From: Chiloscyllium plagiosum
Taxonomy: Eukaryota
DNA length: 64,000 nucleotides
Assembly (NCBI RefSeq): GCF_004010195.1
Contig: NC_057728.1
Span: 49,337,065 to 49,401,064 of the forward strand
Direction: 5' to 3'
The position numbers and the translations under genes are program-made. The first letter of the stretch is position 1. The number at the start of each line of letters is the position of its first letter. Positions 1-13,792 of this stretch are shown here, piece by piece. The notes below the pieces were generated by a model that made no database searches, was not told the DNA's origin, and saw nothing but the letters and a program-made list of their open reading frames with translations.

Positions 1-64
1 TCTGAAACATCCGCTGAACTGTTTGAAAACTGGAGTTCAATTTCTCTCTGATCAAAGCCCTGAC
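1..64 (-). CDS. Coding exon 3 (truncated by window edge) of putative EFCAB6-like EF-hand protein
   Basis: Acceptor ctcctttaactccag| then phase-0 VRALIREKLNSSFQTVQRMFQ. Phase matches the 6553-6456 exon. It resembles the helix leading into the first EF-hand of EFCAB6 (recalled as VKRILFQKITDRGDELQKAFQ). Confidence 0.7.
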
Positions 65-855
65 CTGGAGTTAAAGGAGTCACAGCACACTGTGATAATC
101 ATGATAGGAAAATGACAGATTAAATCAAATCAATGCTAGACATTCCCAGTGTGGGGTTTACACACAAGCCCTCACGTCCATGCACATTGATAAAACAGGC
201 AAGAATAAAAATACACATGTTTGCATCTGTGGAGAGAGTAGCTAAGTTAATATTTCAAGTTGATGAACTCTTGTCAGAACTGCGTAAAGCTAGATTTTAA
301 AGGAAAAGAGGATGGGGAAAGAACAAAAGGAAAGATTGGTAATAAAGTGAAACATAGGAGAAGAACAGGCCATTCAGCCCACTGATCCTGCTCCATCATT
401 CAATACAATCAGGGCTAATCATCCTCGTTTTTTTTCTCATTGTAACCCCATATCCCCTTACATTGTTATTATTTAGAAAACAGTCAATCTTCACCTTACT
501 CAATGACTGAGTTTTTATAGCTCCCTGAGGTAGAGAATTCCAAAGTTACACCACCCTCTGAGTGAAAAAACATCTCTCCTCATGAAGATGGGGGGATGAA
601 ATAATAAGATGGATGATGGTGCGATGCAGAAGGTGGTGATAATGGTACAATGAAAGAAATAAAAGATTAATCCAGATGGGGGACATAAGGCAAACAGTTG
701 CTGCCTGAAACAATGTGAGCAGTGGCTATAATTGCAGTCTATGTTCAGAAATCAGTAAAGTGTCTTAAAGGAATAAGAACTGCTACTCCTCAAGCTTTTG
801 ATTCATTTCATCAGGACACTGCATGAAACCAAAGACAGGTTTCTGTTTTTTATTG

Positions 856-2820
856 CAGGTTATGACTTACTAGAGCTGAAAATGTGTTGACTTACTAGGG
901 TCATCACAAAGATTAAAGTTTTTATAAAGTACATCAAGTCCCCAATTTACCTGACTTTCAGACCCAGGTTGATAGAAAGTGTGGACCAGGTTTATGTACT
1001 GAACGAGAATCATTATTTATTACAAGAAATTAGGATCTAGCTACATTTAACCAGTTATAAACCATTAGCATATAATAGTTAACTAAAACTTTAACCCCGT
1101 TATAAACTTCCTCTCACACCCACAGAGAGACAGAGTAAATTGGGTGGCAGGGTGAAATGTGAGCAGGATGTTATGAGAATACAGGGTGACCTGGACAGGC
1201 TAGGTGAGTGGATGGATGCATGGCAGATGCAGTTTAATGTGGATAAATGTGTGGTTATCCACTTTGGGGGCAAGAACAGGAAGGCAGGTTACTACCTAAA
1301 TGGAGTCAAGTTAGGTAAAGGGGAAGTACAATGACATCTAGGTGTCCTTGTACATCAGTCAATGAAAGCAAGCATGCAGTACAGCCGGTAGTGAGAAAGC
1401 TAATGGCATGCTGGCCTTCATAACAAGAAGAATTAAGCATAGGAGCAAAGAGGCCCTTCTGCAGCTGTACAGGGCCCTGGTGAGACCGCACCTGGAGTAT
1501 TGTATGCAGTTTTGGTCTCCAAAGTTGAGGAAGCACATTCTGGCTATTGAGGGGGTGAAGCGTAGCTTCACAAGGTCAATTCCCGGAATGGTGGGATTAT
1601 CATATATTGAAAGATTGGAGCGACTGGGCTTGTATACACTTGAGTTTAGAAGGATGAGAGGGGATCTGATTGAGATGTATAAGATTATTAAAGGATTGGA
1701 CACTCTGGAGGGGGGAAGCATGTTTCCGCTGATGGGTGAGTCCAGAACCAGAGGACACAGTTTAAAAATAAGGGATAGGCCATTTAAAACAGAGTTGAGG
1801 AGAAACTTCTTGACCCAGAGAGTGGTGCATACATGGAATGCTCTGCCCCAGAAGGAAATAGAGGCCAAGTCTCTGGATACTTTCAAGAAAGAGATGGATA
1901 GAGCTCTTGAAGATAATGGAATCAAGAGGATAAGGGAGGAACAGGATACTGATTGTGGATGATCAGCCATGATCATAATGAATAGTGGTGCTGGCTCAAA
2001 GGGCCGAATGGCCTACTCCTGCACCTATTGTTTATTGTCTATAATTAGGTTATAGACAAGAGGAAAATCTGAAAGTCTTTGTTCCCAGGATCTGTTGTTG
2101 AGATTATTCTTTTGACTCTTTTACTGGCCAGCACTTTACTTCAGTTGTCTTTCTCTGGTTGCTTCTACTGGTTGGCAAGAAACACAAGGTGGCTGGTTCA
2201 CTCATAAGAAGTCTGACTTATCAGTGAAAAGTCACAGCTTACAGCGACTGTTACAGGAAAAAGAAACTGATTTTCTTCATGTTTGCAGTGAGTTTTGACA
2301 ATAGAGAACACAGAGACCACTCCTGAGCTGGGGAAGCATTGAACACACACTCTCTCTCTCTCTCACTCCCTTTCTGTCTGTCACTTCTCCCAGCTTACCT
2401 GAGAACCAATCACACCACTTGTTGCTAGGCATAAAGATCTTTGTCATTCATAACTAGTCACTGGTCCATAGACCAATCAATTTCTTGTTGCAAAAAAAGC
2501 AGCATCTGTATTCCTTGCCTTTGCTCCAAATAGTCTGCAACATTGCAATCACTGCTTGTTCAAACAGGCATTTACACAATATCTGCAATGAATGTCAAGT
2601 TAATTGCTTTCTGAAACTGCCACCACTCTTTCAAAATCAGCTTGTTTTAAAACAGTTCTTTCTTAATTCTATCTACAGCTTCAAAAAAACTCAAAGTAAA
2701 AAAGACATAGTCATTACATGGTGTGGAGGAGTATTCCAAAAGCTAGTGCTTTCAAATAAACCTGTCAGACTATAAACTGGTGTTGTGTGATTTTTAACAG
2801 AGTCATTTGTGGCCAATACA
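856..2820 (-). mobile_element. Probable degenerate solo LTR, split by the CR1 at 1135-2042
   Basis: LTR-like composition similar to 31553-32911. One internal segment (~2068-2122) recurs at ~3040-3090. Ends not firmly defined. Confidence 0.35.
1135..2042 (+). mobile_element. CR1 LINE 3' fragment (RT C-terminus + 3'UTR)
   Basis: ORFs with QGDLDRLGEW..WQMQFNVDKC and LYRALVRPHLEYC..RGHSLK..VVHTWNALP; (tattgtc)-type tail. Confidence 0.95.
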
Positions 2821-4194
2821 ATATTTTAGTGTAACCAATGTCAGATATGTAGGCTTGTGGCCCAATGACTGGTAGATCACATTAAACCAGCACGGCCATT
2901 CAATTGTTTGCAATAGGCAGGACACTGACTGCACACATCCAGCTCAGCTGTAAAACTCAGAACATAGTGCCAAAAATTTAATGTGAATCTGTAATGGTAC
3001 AGTTGTAGACAAATAGGAAAACCTGAAAAGACAATTCAGTAAGTCTTTGATCCCAGGTTCTGTTGTTGAGTTGATTCTTTTGACTCTTATTGTGCTATGA
3101 ATTGTGCTAATAGCCAATTTAAGATTATCAATCAGGCTTGAATACAGCTTGCTTACTCTTACTAAAGGCTATAAAAGAGGACCCAATTCTCTGAAAACTC
3201 AAAAAACATGTTCATGATATTGTGCCTTTATCAACTCATCCAAGATTTAAGTGATAACTGATCCCTGCTGCATTCTCAAGACAACACCTCAACTAACCAA
3301 TCAGTACCCTTTTCCTCACACATCATTTCCCCTTCCCTTTGAAATCTGGTATTTTTAAAGCTGATTCTCATTGCCCTTCTTCCTCCCAAAGAGGGTCACC
3401 ATGAATAATGCAATTGATTTTGAACTGATTGTCACTTCTTCTCTTTGAATGACTCACTAATTGAAGAAATCAATTCAATCTTGTCCTTTCTTTTCCTCCA
3501 TGTTTTTAAATTTGTTCATGGGATATGGGCATCGCTGACTAGGCCAGCATTTATTGTCCATCCCTAATTATCCTTAACCACCATAGTCCAAGCAGTGGAA
3601 GTACATTCACAGTGTAGTAAGGAAGGAAATTCTACCATTTAACCCAGTGATAGTAAAAGAACAGTCATATAGTTTCAAGTCAGGATGATGCATGGCTCAG
3701 ATGGGAGCTTGCAGATGGTATCTGGTCCTGCTCCCATTCTAGCTGTTAGAGACTGTAGGTTCTATGCTCACCAGTGGATCCTGGTCCCGCTTTCGCTTAG
3801 GTCCCCATGATGAATCTCTAATGCTCTTACTCTCATCTTAGAAATCAGACTCATCCATCCCAGGAATCAGACTTATAAGTCTGTGCTATGCTATATATTA
3901 AGACAGGGCTTCCCAAAGTGGGGTTGTGATGTTCAGTGAAGTCATGAGCTGTAATTCCAGAGTCAGGAACTCCAAGGGCAGCAATGGTTACTGAGGTACT
4001 CTGCCTCTCTTCTCCTTGTCTTATAGGTCTTCTCTCCCACATTGACATTTCCTGTCCTGACAGCAAATGTTCCCTCCAACTATAGCATTGTTCAGTGTCT
4101 GGATTAGGTCTCAACAAGTTGGTCAGCAACGAAAGCGACCAGAAAGCTGGTTAATACCAGCAGCAGTGGAAAGAGATTCTGAATTGGAGTATCA

Positions 4195-5292
4195 GGCTGA
4201 ATCAACATGTTCTATAGAAGGGAAATCACGCTTAACCAATTTATTGAAGCTCTTTGAAGAGGTTGTGTGCATGGTGAAGAAAGGAGAACTGGTGAATGTA
4301 GTGTACTTCAATTTCTAAAGGCATTTGGTAAGGTGTGACATCAGGAAAATAAAGGCCTGTGATGTTGGGAGTAATGTATTTGAATGGATAGAAGATTCGC
4401 TAGCTAACAGGAAGCAAAGAAAGAGCATACCCGGGTCTTCTTCAATTGCTGCTGACACAAATATAGGCAGGAAAGAAAATTTTGATATGAAGATAACAAG
4501 GCTACAAAGAGATATTGAAAGGTAAGTGAGTGGTCGAAGATTTGGTAAATGGAGTATAATGTGGAAAAATGTGACACTGGACAATTTGAAGAATAAAAAG
4601 CAATTTATCTAAATGGTGGGAGATGCTCTGAAATGCAGACTGGTCTGGGTGTCTTACTGCAAGAATCATAAAAGGTTAGTATGCCGGTACAGCAAGTCAT
4701 TAGGAAATCTAATTGAATGTTAAGGCACATTGTGAGGGAAATCAATTACAAAAGGAGGACACTGATTCAACCACATCTTGAGCAATGTGCACAGTAATGG
4801 CCTCCTTATTTAAGGAAGGATGTAAATAAGTCAGAAGCAATTCAGAGAAGATTCACAGACTAATAGCTGGAATGGCTGGTTTGTCTTAAGAGAAAAGGTG
4901 GAACATGATAGGCTTGTATCTGCTGGACTTCAGAAAAGTAAGAAGCAATTTGCTTGAAAGGTATAAGATCCTGAAGGGTCATGACAGGGTGAATATGGAG
5001 AGGCAGTTTACTTTTGTGGGAGAACTATAGCTCATTGCTGAAAAAATAATAGATGCCCAATTAAAACAGAGATGAGAAGAAACATTTCTTTTGCTCTCAT
5101 GTTCATGAGTGTTTGGAACTCTTTTGCTAACAGATTGCAAAAGCAGGATATTTTGATATTTTAAAGGCTGCAGTGGATAGATTCCTGACAAACAATGGGG
5201 TGATTGGGTTATCAGGATAGGGAGGGAATATGGCGTAATCAGTTAGTCATGATCATATTGACTGAGGTACTGAATAGTCTACTCCTGCTCCT
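4195..5292 (+). mobile_element. Old degenerate CR1 LINE fragment
   Basis: GKSRLTNLLKLFEEV..VNVVYFNF.KAF RT motifs, frameshifted; CR1-type 3'UTR end (ctactcctgctcct). Confidence 0.85.
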
Positions 5293-5896
5293 AATTTTGT
5301 TATTTTTTCTTTCTTTCATATCCAGTGGTCTTACACACAACTGACTCTTTTTCCCCATCACCAAATGACCTGTGTATTTTTTTTCATCTATTAATCTCCA
5401 CCAGTTATTCACTTGTGTTTTCCAAATGATTAATTTACATGTAAAGCCTGTTAAGGGCAATGCAAGTCATCAAAGGTGAGGGAGAGGTAGGGAGCAAAGT
5501 CTAAGTGGTGTTGGAAGGGGAGATAAAGTATTGCACCCCCTGTTGGTCCTGATTTGTATGTTTTCACACATTAATTGACCACTTAAGGGCCTCAATCAAC
5601 AGGAATGGAAGGTGGTAAGAAGACTTTTCATGGGCATTCTCGACAAAGACCTAATTGGGTGGAGGTGAGAATGAGGGGTGCCCCCACCTGCCATCATTTA
5701 CCATCAGTTAAATGCCTCCTCAACATCATACCCACCATTGGTAACATAGTGGTGGCAATGAATAGTAGGAGTTTATTTTCCCTCTTTTGATAGTTGATGA
5801 TTCAATCTCAAGACACTGACAGCTCTCTTCTTGCTAAGACTTGGGAGACGGGCATCACTGGCATATAATTGCCATCCATAACTGAATTGCAATTTT

Positions 5897-6215
5897 AGAT
5901 TAGATTCAATTCCCTACAGTGTGTAAACAGGCCCTTCGGCCCAACCAGTCCACACCGACCCTCCGAAGAGTAACCCACCCAGACCCACTTCCCTCTGACT
6001 AATGCACCAACACTATGGGCAATTTAGCATAGCCAATTCACCTGACCTGCACATCTTTGGACTGTGGGAAGAAACCGGAGCATCTGGAGGAAACCCACTC
6101 AGACACAAGGAGAATGTGCAAACTCCACACTGACAATCACCTGAGGCTGGAATCGAACCAGGGACCCTGGCACTGTGAGGCAGCAGTGCTAACCACTGAG
6201 CCACCATGCCACCCA
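5897..6215 (-). mobile_element. HE1-type (V-SINE) tRNA-derived SINE
   Basis: Minus strand has A-box GGTGGCTCAGTGG, B-box GGTTCGATTCC, V-domain-like tgtggagtttgcacattctcc and an (aatct)n tail. Confidence 0.9.
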
Positions 6216-6455
6216 GATTATCTACTTTAATCTCAGCAATTAACAATGATGCACCTTAACACTGTAATCCAAAATATCTTCTCCACAAGAGAATGGGCAA
6301 GGACTAAAATTCAATTCTAAAAGGAACCTGTTTGGTATAAAGATAGTGTCTCTACCACAGGGTCAGAAGGTCTAGGTTTATGCCCTGTTTCCCCTGGTAT
6401 ATGTGAACAGGTTGATTAGAATTATCTGGAAGAAAACTGATATGCTTATACCAAC

Positions 6456-6553
6456 CTTATTTGTGTCATATGTCTGTCTGGGCGAACACGCCATTGAGAA
6501 GCGACCTATTGCAGTGTGAGCCCGTGATCTGTTATCATTGCCTGCTGTAAACC
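6456..6553 (-). CDS. Coding exon 2 of putative EFCAB6-like gene
   Basis: Strong acceptor ttttttcttcccttgtag|, donor AAG|gttggt, 98 nt, phase 1->0, encodes (G)FTAGNDNRSRAHTAIGRFSMACSPRQTYDTNK. Phase fits both neighbouring exons. Confidence 0.7.
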
Positions 6554-7564
6554 CTACAAGGGAAGAAAAAAATGTACACAGGGCATTTAACAACATCCAA
6601 ACAACAGGAAAGTAATCACCCCTCTGGAAACACTCAGCATTTTATTGAGAGGAAATACAAATTGTTAAAGATACAGCTGTCTTTATTTTCCCTTAAGAAC
6701 TCTGTCACATCTCCTATCAAGGGTTTTCTGTTCCTGATACAGATTTCTGGCGTTCACAGTACTTTGCTTTTCATTGAAAAGGAAAGCGCTGACCTTGGTT
6801 GAGCAGCTCCATAACATTATTTTCAATTGATAGTTCCAAGGTTTCACTGTTTAGTTTGCTTGCATAATCTTTCCCTCAAGGACACCGAAAAGCAAGAAGT
6901 AATGCCTGTGAAAGGCAAGTTAGTCATAGCTGTGAGCTTGACGGATCCACTCCCACAGGCAGTGTGCTCTCTGTTCATATACTGTACTGCAGTTCATCAC
7001 ATTTTGCATTCTTCAAATCTGCTACCACAAATCTGCTACCATCTTTTTTAGCGATGGATGAAAATCATTTAAGCCCTGTTGTTACAAATCTAGGCTGAAC
7101 TCAAGTATTATAAATCAAGTTCAATATTTCTTTAAATTAGTCATCTAATTCAAGATAACAGATGTGTTACAGCATAGAAGGAGGCCATTCAACCCATTAC
7201 CTACTGTCATTACGTACTAATTTCCTTTGTATATTATTTCTAATCAAATAACATTTTATACCCTCGTGAATGTCTCAATTGAACTTAGCTCCACCACACT
7301 TCCAGGCAATGCATTCCATATCCAAACTACACACTGAGTGAAAAAACTTTCTCTCACACATTTGCTCCTTTTGCAAATCACTTTAAATCTACACCCTCTG
7401 GTTCTTTTTCCTTTTTTCTACTTTATCCAATCTATTCAGCCCATCCATGATTTTGAAAATTTCCTCTTGGCCTTCTTTTCCTCAAAGAGAACAGTCCCAA
7501 TGATTTTAAATAATCCTCTTAATTGCATTTCCCTCAGTTTCAGTTTGTTGTGTGGAACAGAGGA

Positions 7565-8155
7565 TGGTGGAGATGTTGGCGTGATGGCAATGTTGCCAGA
7601 TCAGTGATCCAGAAGCCCAGGCCAATGTTATAGGGATGTGGGTTCAAATCCCATCACAGCAGATCGTGAAATTTAAATTGAATTACTGAATGAAGCTGGA
7701 ATTGAAAGCTCGTCTCAATAATGGTGACAATGAAACAGTCATGAAGACCCATTTTGTTCAAGGTTAAATAACACTAGAGGAAATTCTTGGAAAGAATGGT
7801 GTTATCCAAATTGAGAATCCAAGTTTTTAGACTTCAGAGATAAAGCAATGGTGTAGTAGTAATGTAGTAACTAGTAATCCAGAATCCCATGTGTAGGGAC
7901 ATGGGTCTGATACACAAGTGTGTCAGGTGTGAAATTTGAATTTAATATAAAAATCTGGCGTACTGGTGGCCAAGTAACTACTGTTAGTTGCTGCAAAAAC
8001 CCATCTGGTTCATTAATGACCTTTAATGAAGGAAATCCACTGTTCTTGAATGGTCTGGCCTACATGTGACTCTAAGCCCACAGCAATGTTATTGACTTTT
8101 ATCTGCAATTTAGGATAAATGCTGGCCTAACCAATAATGTCCACGTCCCAGGAAC
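7565..8155 (+). mobile_element. Two adjacent degenerate copies of a tRNA-derived SINE family
   Basis: B-box-like gggttcaaatccc, shared body (aaaacccatctggttcattaatg..gaaggaaat) and tail (ataaatgctggcc). Related pieces recur at ~3515, 9365, 13130, 16650, 29340, 34600, 43310. Confidence 0.65.
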
Positions 8156-8234
8156 AATTTTTTTAAAGGTGGATAAATTAAACATATTGAGTATGACATT
8201 TGCCCCATGATATTAATGATCATTTTCACATAAT

Positions 8235-8957
8235 TTGGAGGTGCCGGTGTTGGACTGGGGTGGACAAAGTTAAAAATCACACAACACCAGGTTATAGTCC
8301 AACAGGTTTATTTGGAAGTACTAGGTTTTGGAGCATTGCTCTTTCATCAGGTGGTTGTGGAGTATAAAATCATACTACACAAAATTTATAGCAAAAGGTT
8401 ATATTGTGATGTCACTGAAATGATATATTGAAAAAAACTGGATTGTTTGTTAAGTCTTTCATCTTTTAGAATGACCATGTTAGTTTCAGTTCTTTTATAT
8501 GTAAATCCCAGAACTTTTTTAAAGTTACGATCCCAAGTTAGCTTTAACAATAGGTGTCATCTCAGCTCAGACAATGCATTGAAGGTGTGAGGTTAAAGTC
8601 TGTCTGTGTCCCAATGTTCACAGTGATTCTGTTTCTAAAGTGGGATTAACAAAATCTTACATTGATTTATGCAGTTTGTGAGCAAAATAAAACATAATTT
8701 TGCAAATACAAATTCACACCACAAACTATATGTGTGCGCGTGCAAGGGAGACAGAGTGAGTGTGAGCATGTGGGTGTGTTTGGGGGTGTGTGAGTGTATC
8801 TATGAGAGAGTGTGTGCATGTGTATGAGTGTAATAGGGTATAAGTCTGTGAGAGGACGTGTGTGTGGGTCTGGGTGTGGGGGGTGTACGTATAAGAGAGA
8901 GCTTGTGTATGAACGACGGTCTGCGTGAGTATGTGGGTCTGTAGGAGAGAGAGAGTG

Positions 8958-8994
<37 letters not shown>

Positions 8995-9262
8995 ACCCGC
9001 GCTTGTATGCTTGTGTGAAAGAGAGTGTATAGTGAAGTAGGGTCACCTGTAGTGTGACATGAACCCAAGGTCCCAGTTGAGGCCATCCCCATGAGTACCG
9101 AATTTGGTTAGCAGCCTCTGCTCGGCCACTTTGTGTTGTTGCCTGTCCCGAAGTCCGTCTTGGAGAATGGTCACTCGAAGGTCCAAGTTGAATGTCCCAG
9201 TCCGCTGAAGTGTTCTCCGACTGGGAGGGAGTACTCCTGTCTGATGAATGTTGTCTGCTTGT
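8235..9262 (-). mobile_element. Penelope-like element 3' fragment (family C) with internal (TG)n tract
   Basis: C-terminal peptide DLRVTILQDGLRDRQQHKVAEQRLLTKFGTHGDGLNWDLGFMSHY, typical of a PLE GIY-YIG domain end; degenerate hammerhead at ~8318-8354. Confidence 0.75.
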
Positions 9263-10585
9263 GGATCGTCAGTCATTTTTATTCTTTCAGGGATTATGGG
9301 ATTTGCTGGCAAGTCCAGCATTTGATGCAACGAGATCATCTCAGAGGTCGGTTAAGATCTAAATAGATTGCTGTAGGTCTGGAGTCACATGTAGGTCACA
9401 TTAGATAAGGACTTCCTTCCTTAAATGGTACTATTAAACCAGATGGTAACAATTTTATAACAACGTTTGCAGGTTTTACAACCACTGGCAGTGTTTAATG
9501 CTCAACATCTCACCAGTTTTTGGGTTTGCTTTTGTTTAACTGAATTTCTCCATCTACCATTATGGAATTTTAACCCATGCTCCAGAACATTAGCCTGGGG
9601 TTTGAATCCTTAATCCAACAATACTGATGCCCTCACCCAAAATCTAGAAGTTGATTTGGCACAGTTTCAGAGGTTTTGGAATCCTAAAGAAAGGTCCCTG
9701 GACTCAAAATGTTCACTCTGTTTCTCTCTCTGCATGTGCTGCCAGATATGCTGAGTTTCTCCAGCAATTTCTGTCTCTCTTGACTTTGTAGGGCAGCCCC
9801 ACTCAACCAAAAGACAAAAGTGAAATTAAAATTCCCTCTCTCTCAGCTACACGTTTCCCTTAAGATTAAAAAAGCCAAATTCCAGGACTCTCCAGCAAAC
9901 CTGAGGCTCCACTATTTAACTTGCTGAGTTGCCAAACAATCGAAAATTTTACAACATTAATTGACGATGCACACAAAACCCTGTAATTCTAAAGTAGGTC
10001 TCAAAAACTGTTTTAAAAGAAACCACCATGGCTACGGAAGCGCTCACAATTGTTAACTTTAGACACAGAATTCCCACTGGGTTACTAACTGAAAAACCAG
10101 AAACCCAAACTTACAATAAATAACATTTTTTAAAAATATGGAAATCCCACAGTTTACAACACATAGTAGAAATTGAAACTTAATCTGCCAAAAGATTGAA
10201 TTTTCAAGTCTGAGCATTATAGATTTTTTTATGAAAGGTAGGAAAAGATAGTTGAAGTAAAGATCAGCCACTTTCCAATAGGCTAATGGAGCAGATTGAA
10301 TATGTCAACCATAATGAAATGAGACATTTTAAAGCTCACTCACTGCTGTGATATAGCTCATTTGCAATGCAGCTGCTTTAGGGAACGTTACAGTAAGTTG
10401 GGGAGATGATAGTGGTAATGTCACTGGTCCAGTAAGATCTAGGGACATCTTTTAACAATTTTATGAAGGGATATGCTGCAACCACTATTGTGGAAACATT
10501 ACTTAGGTTTGAAGGAGGTTGGTCATACAAGGTTACTCATATCAAATTCCTTATAATAAACAGATACCGTTTCAGGTGTGATCCT

Positions 10586-12055
10586 GAATTGAATTGAATT
10601 GAATTTATTGTCACATGTACCAAGGCACAGCAAAAAGCTTTGTCTTGCGAGCAATACAGGCAGATCACATAGAAACTGTTTCAAAACTGGCTGGTGTGTG
10701 TGTCCAGACTTCTGTACCTTCTCCCCAGTGGTACAGGTTGTAGAAAAACATTGCCAGGTTGGGATGTATCTTTGAGAAAGCTGGCAGCCTTTCCTTGACA
10801 GCGGGCCTGGTAGATGGATTCTATAGATGGGAGGTTGGCCTTTGTAATTGTCCGGGCAGAGTTCAGCACTCTCTGTAACCGTCTCTGATCTTGAATGGTA
10901 CAGTTCCCATACCAGGTAGTGATACACCCAGACAGAACGCTCTCAATGGCGCGCCTATAAAAGTTGGCAAGGGTATTCACCATCATGCCAAATTTTCTCA
11001 GCTGCCTGAGGAAGAAGAGATGTTGTTGGGCCTTTGTAACCAGTGCGTCCACATGAAGAGTCCAAGAAAGCCTGTTGTGGATGACCACCCCCAGGAGCTT
11101 GACACTCTCCACTCGTTCCACCTCTGTGCTGTTAATGTGTAGGGGGGCATGAGTAACATTCCACCAAAAGTCAATAATGAGTTCCTTGGTTTTGCCAGCA
11201 TCGGGAGCTAGGTTGTTCTCAATGCACCATTTTTCCAGATCTTCCACCTTCTGTCTGTAGTCTGTTTCGTCGCCATCTGAGATTCGACTGATTATGGTGG
11301 TGTCATCAGCGAACTTGTAAATGACATTTGTCTGGTATTTGGTGATGTAGTCATGGGTATACAGTGAGTACAGTAGGGGACTGAGTAAGCACCCCTGAGG
11401 GGTCTCCAGTGTTGAGTGTTAGTGAGAATGAAATATCGTCCCCAATCTTCACCGATTGTGGCCTTTGGGATCAGAGAACTGAGGATCCAGTTGCAGAGAG
11501 TGGGGCTTGGTCCAAGATCACTAAGTTTAGTAATCAGTCTCGAGGGAATAATAGTGTTGAAGGCTGAACTGTAGCCAATGAGGAGGATTCTTACGCAGCT
11601 GTTTTTGGTGTCACGATGTTTTAGGTAGGTGTGAAGGGCAAGTGATATGGCATCTGACATGGATCTGTTGGTCCAATAGGCAAATTGGAGTGGGTCAAGA
11701 GTAGTGCAGAGGCTGGAATTGATTAATGCCATGACCTTTCAAAGCACTTGGGGCCACTGGGCGGTAGTCATTGAGACATGCTGCATGAGCCTTCTTAGGC
11801 ACAGGGATGATGTTGGCCCTCTTGAAACAGGCAGGGACAGTGGCCTGTTGCAGGGAGAGGGTGAAAATGTCTGAGAAGACCTTAGCTAGTTGATCTGCAC
11901 ATGCTCTGAGTAATCCGTCTGGTCCCATCACTTTCCTTGGATTCACATGAAGGAAAACTGATCTGACCATTGATGTAGTGACTGTTGGGGTAGGTTTGTC
12001 AGGACTTGTCGGAATAGGTGTTACCTCTCCACTGAAATTCTGCTCAAAGCGAGAA
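10586..12055 (-). mobile_element. Rex1/Babar-type non-LTR retrotransposon fragment
   Basis: IIPVPKKAHAACLNDYRPVA, LDPLQFAY, YSSAFNTI, WCIENNL..KTKELIIDF, ESVLSGCITTWYG; polyA signal followed by (ttcaa)n tail. Confidence 0.9.
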
Positions 12056-13597
12056 GGCATTGAGACAATCTGGGAGGGATGTGTCATCATCTGCTATCTT
12101 GCACTGTCTCTTTTTAAAAGCTGTGATGTCATTCTGGTCTTCACTTTATGTCCTTCTTACATTACAACAAGGAACACATTTCAAAAGTTATTCAATAGAG
12201 AAGCTAGAGTTGTTTTCCACTGAATAGAGGAGGTTTAACTGAAATGTACTGAATTATGAGGAGTCTGGATAGAGTGATTCCTCTAGCAGAGAGAAAACAC
12301 AGACTTCAGATGATTGGTAGAGAATTAGAGTAAATGTTTTCTACCCAAAAGATAGTGGGCATCTAGAATTCAGTGCCCAGTCTGGTGGTTGAGACAGAAA
12401 CCCTCAACACATTTAAAAACAAAATCTGGATCTGCACTTGAACCTCTTTAACGTATAAAACTACAAACCGGGTGCTAGAAATTAGAATTAGAATGTGTGG
12501 CTAGTTTTTGTTTGGCCAGTACAGTCACAATGGGCTGAATAGCCTCTCCCCGAGCAGTAACGTTTCTATGGAAGCACTTTGGGATGTCCTGAGATAGTGA
12601 AAGGCACTATAGCAATGCAAAATGTTTATTTCATTTCCTTTTCCTGTTCCACGAGTTCAAATAACTTGACTGATTTTTTTGAGGTTACCAAGGCAATAAT
12701 TATATCTGTCTCTTGCCCAACAGGGTGCACAAAATTGTCTGTATAGAAAATCATGCACAGCATTTCTGCGGCAATGTTCATAATCCACAGCGGGTTCAAT
12801 CTACTAATGCTTTTTAAATTTAAAAAGACTTCAGCCACTTCAAGGTTTCTCTCTGCCTGATTCCAAGCAGCTGCCTACATTTCACAGATTACTCATTGTC
12901 ATTCAAATGCAGAGTCATTGTGCTGCCTAGCGTGAATTCTGCCCATCAAAACCACAAATGGAGAAAAGAAAATTGCTCTATTATGGTGCACTTCCAGTCC
13001 TTGTTTCCCATTGGAACAATCCCCGCACCTCAAATGCAGCCCAGAACTTTTAACGGGCTGGAGGGATGCTGGTGACCAACTGGATGCTCTGTCAGCAGAT
13101 AACCCTTCTGTATGAGAAGAGCTAGAAAGACAGCATGGCCAATATTTATTGTCCAATTCAATTTGCTTTTCAAAAGCTGGTGATGAGCTGTTGTCTCAAA
13201 CTGACACAGTCCTCGGGTTGTGAGGTCATCCACAATTCTGTCAGGGAGAGAATTTCAAGTCTTTGATCCAGCCGAAGGAATGAATGAATGAATGATGATG
13301 TATTTCCGAGGAAGGATGGTGAAAGGCTTGGAGGGGAATTTGAAGATGGTCGTATTCCCTTCTTTCTTCTGCCCTTATCCTTCTAGATGGTATTGATCTC
13401 TAGTTTGTAAGGTGCCACTGAAAGATGAGATGTTGCAGCGCAACTTATAGTTGGTACACACTGCTGACTCTGTGTGCAGGTGGTGAAAGGAATGAATGTT
13501 GAATGTTGGAAAGATTGTAGCCTTTGGGTGCAGAGCTGGATCCCAGAAGTCACTGTGGAATACGGAATCTGTTTAATAGCTTTTGCAAAGATTTTTA

Positions 13598-13792
13598 GCT
13601 CGGGTTGTTGTAGCTCAGGTCGTAGATTCATTTGCCCAGCTGCTGTGGTTTCCTGCAGAAGTTTCATCGCCTCGCTAGGTGACTTGTCAGTCAGATATGT
13701 ATCGAAGACCCGCTGACGACGTCGTCCAGCAAGGCGACGAAACAAATGCAAAAAAACCACACCAGCGCGGCGAATGAATCTACTACCCCAAT
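13598..13792. mobile_element. Two inverted Penelope-like termini (family A-related) with hammerhead-like cores
   Basis: 13598-13692 is the diverged reverse complement of ~13710-13792. Plus copy reads CTGACGA-C-GTCGTC-CAGCAA-GGCGAC-GAAAC. Confidence 0.65.

Noticed and set aside
5897..6215. tRNA gene
   Set aside because: The A/B boxes belong to a SINE head followed by the SINE body and tail; there is no full cloverleaf.
8726..9046. His/Thr-rich ORF
   Set aside because: Translation of a (CA)n microsatellite inside a Penelope-like 3' region.
12689..12738. Minus-strand exon candidate (DNFVHPVGQETDIIIAL)
   Set aside because: Weak donor (gtaacc), and phase 1->0 would break the frame into the phase-1 exon at 6553.
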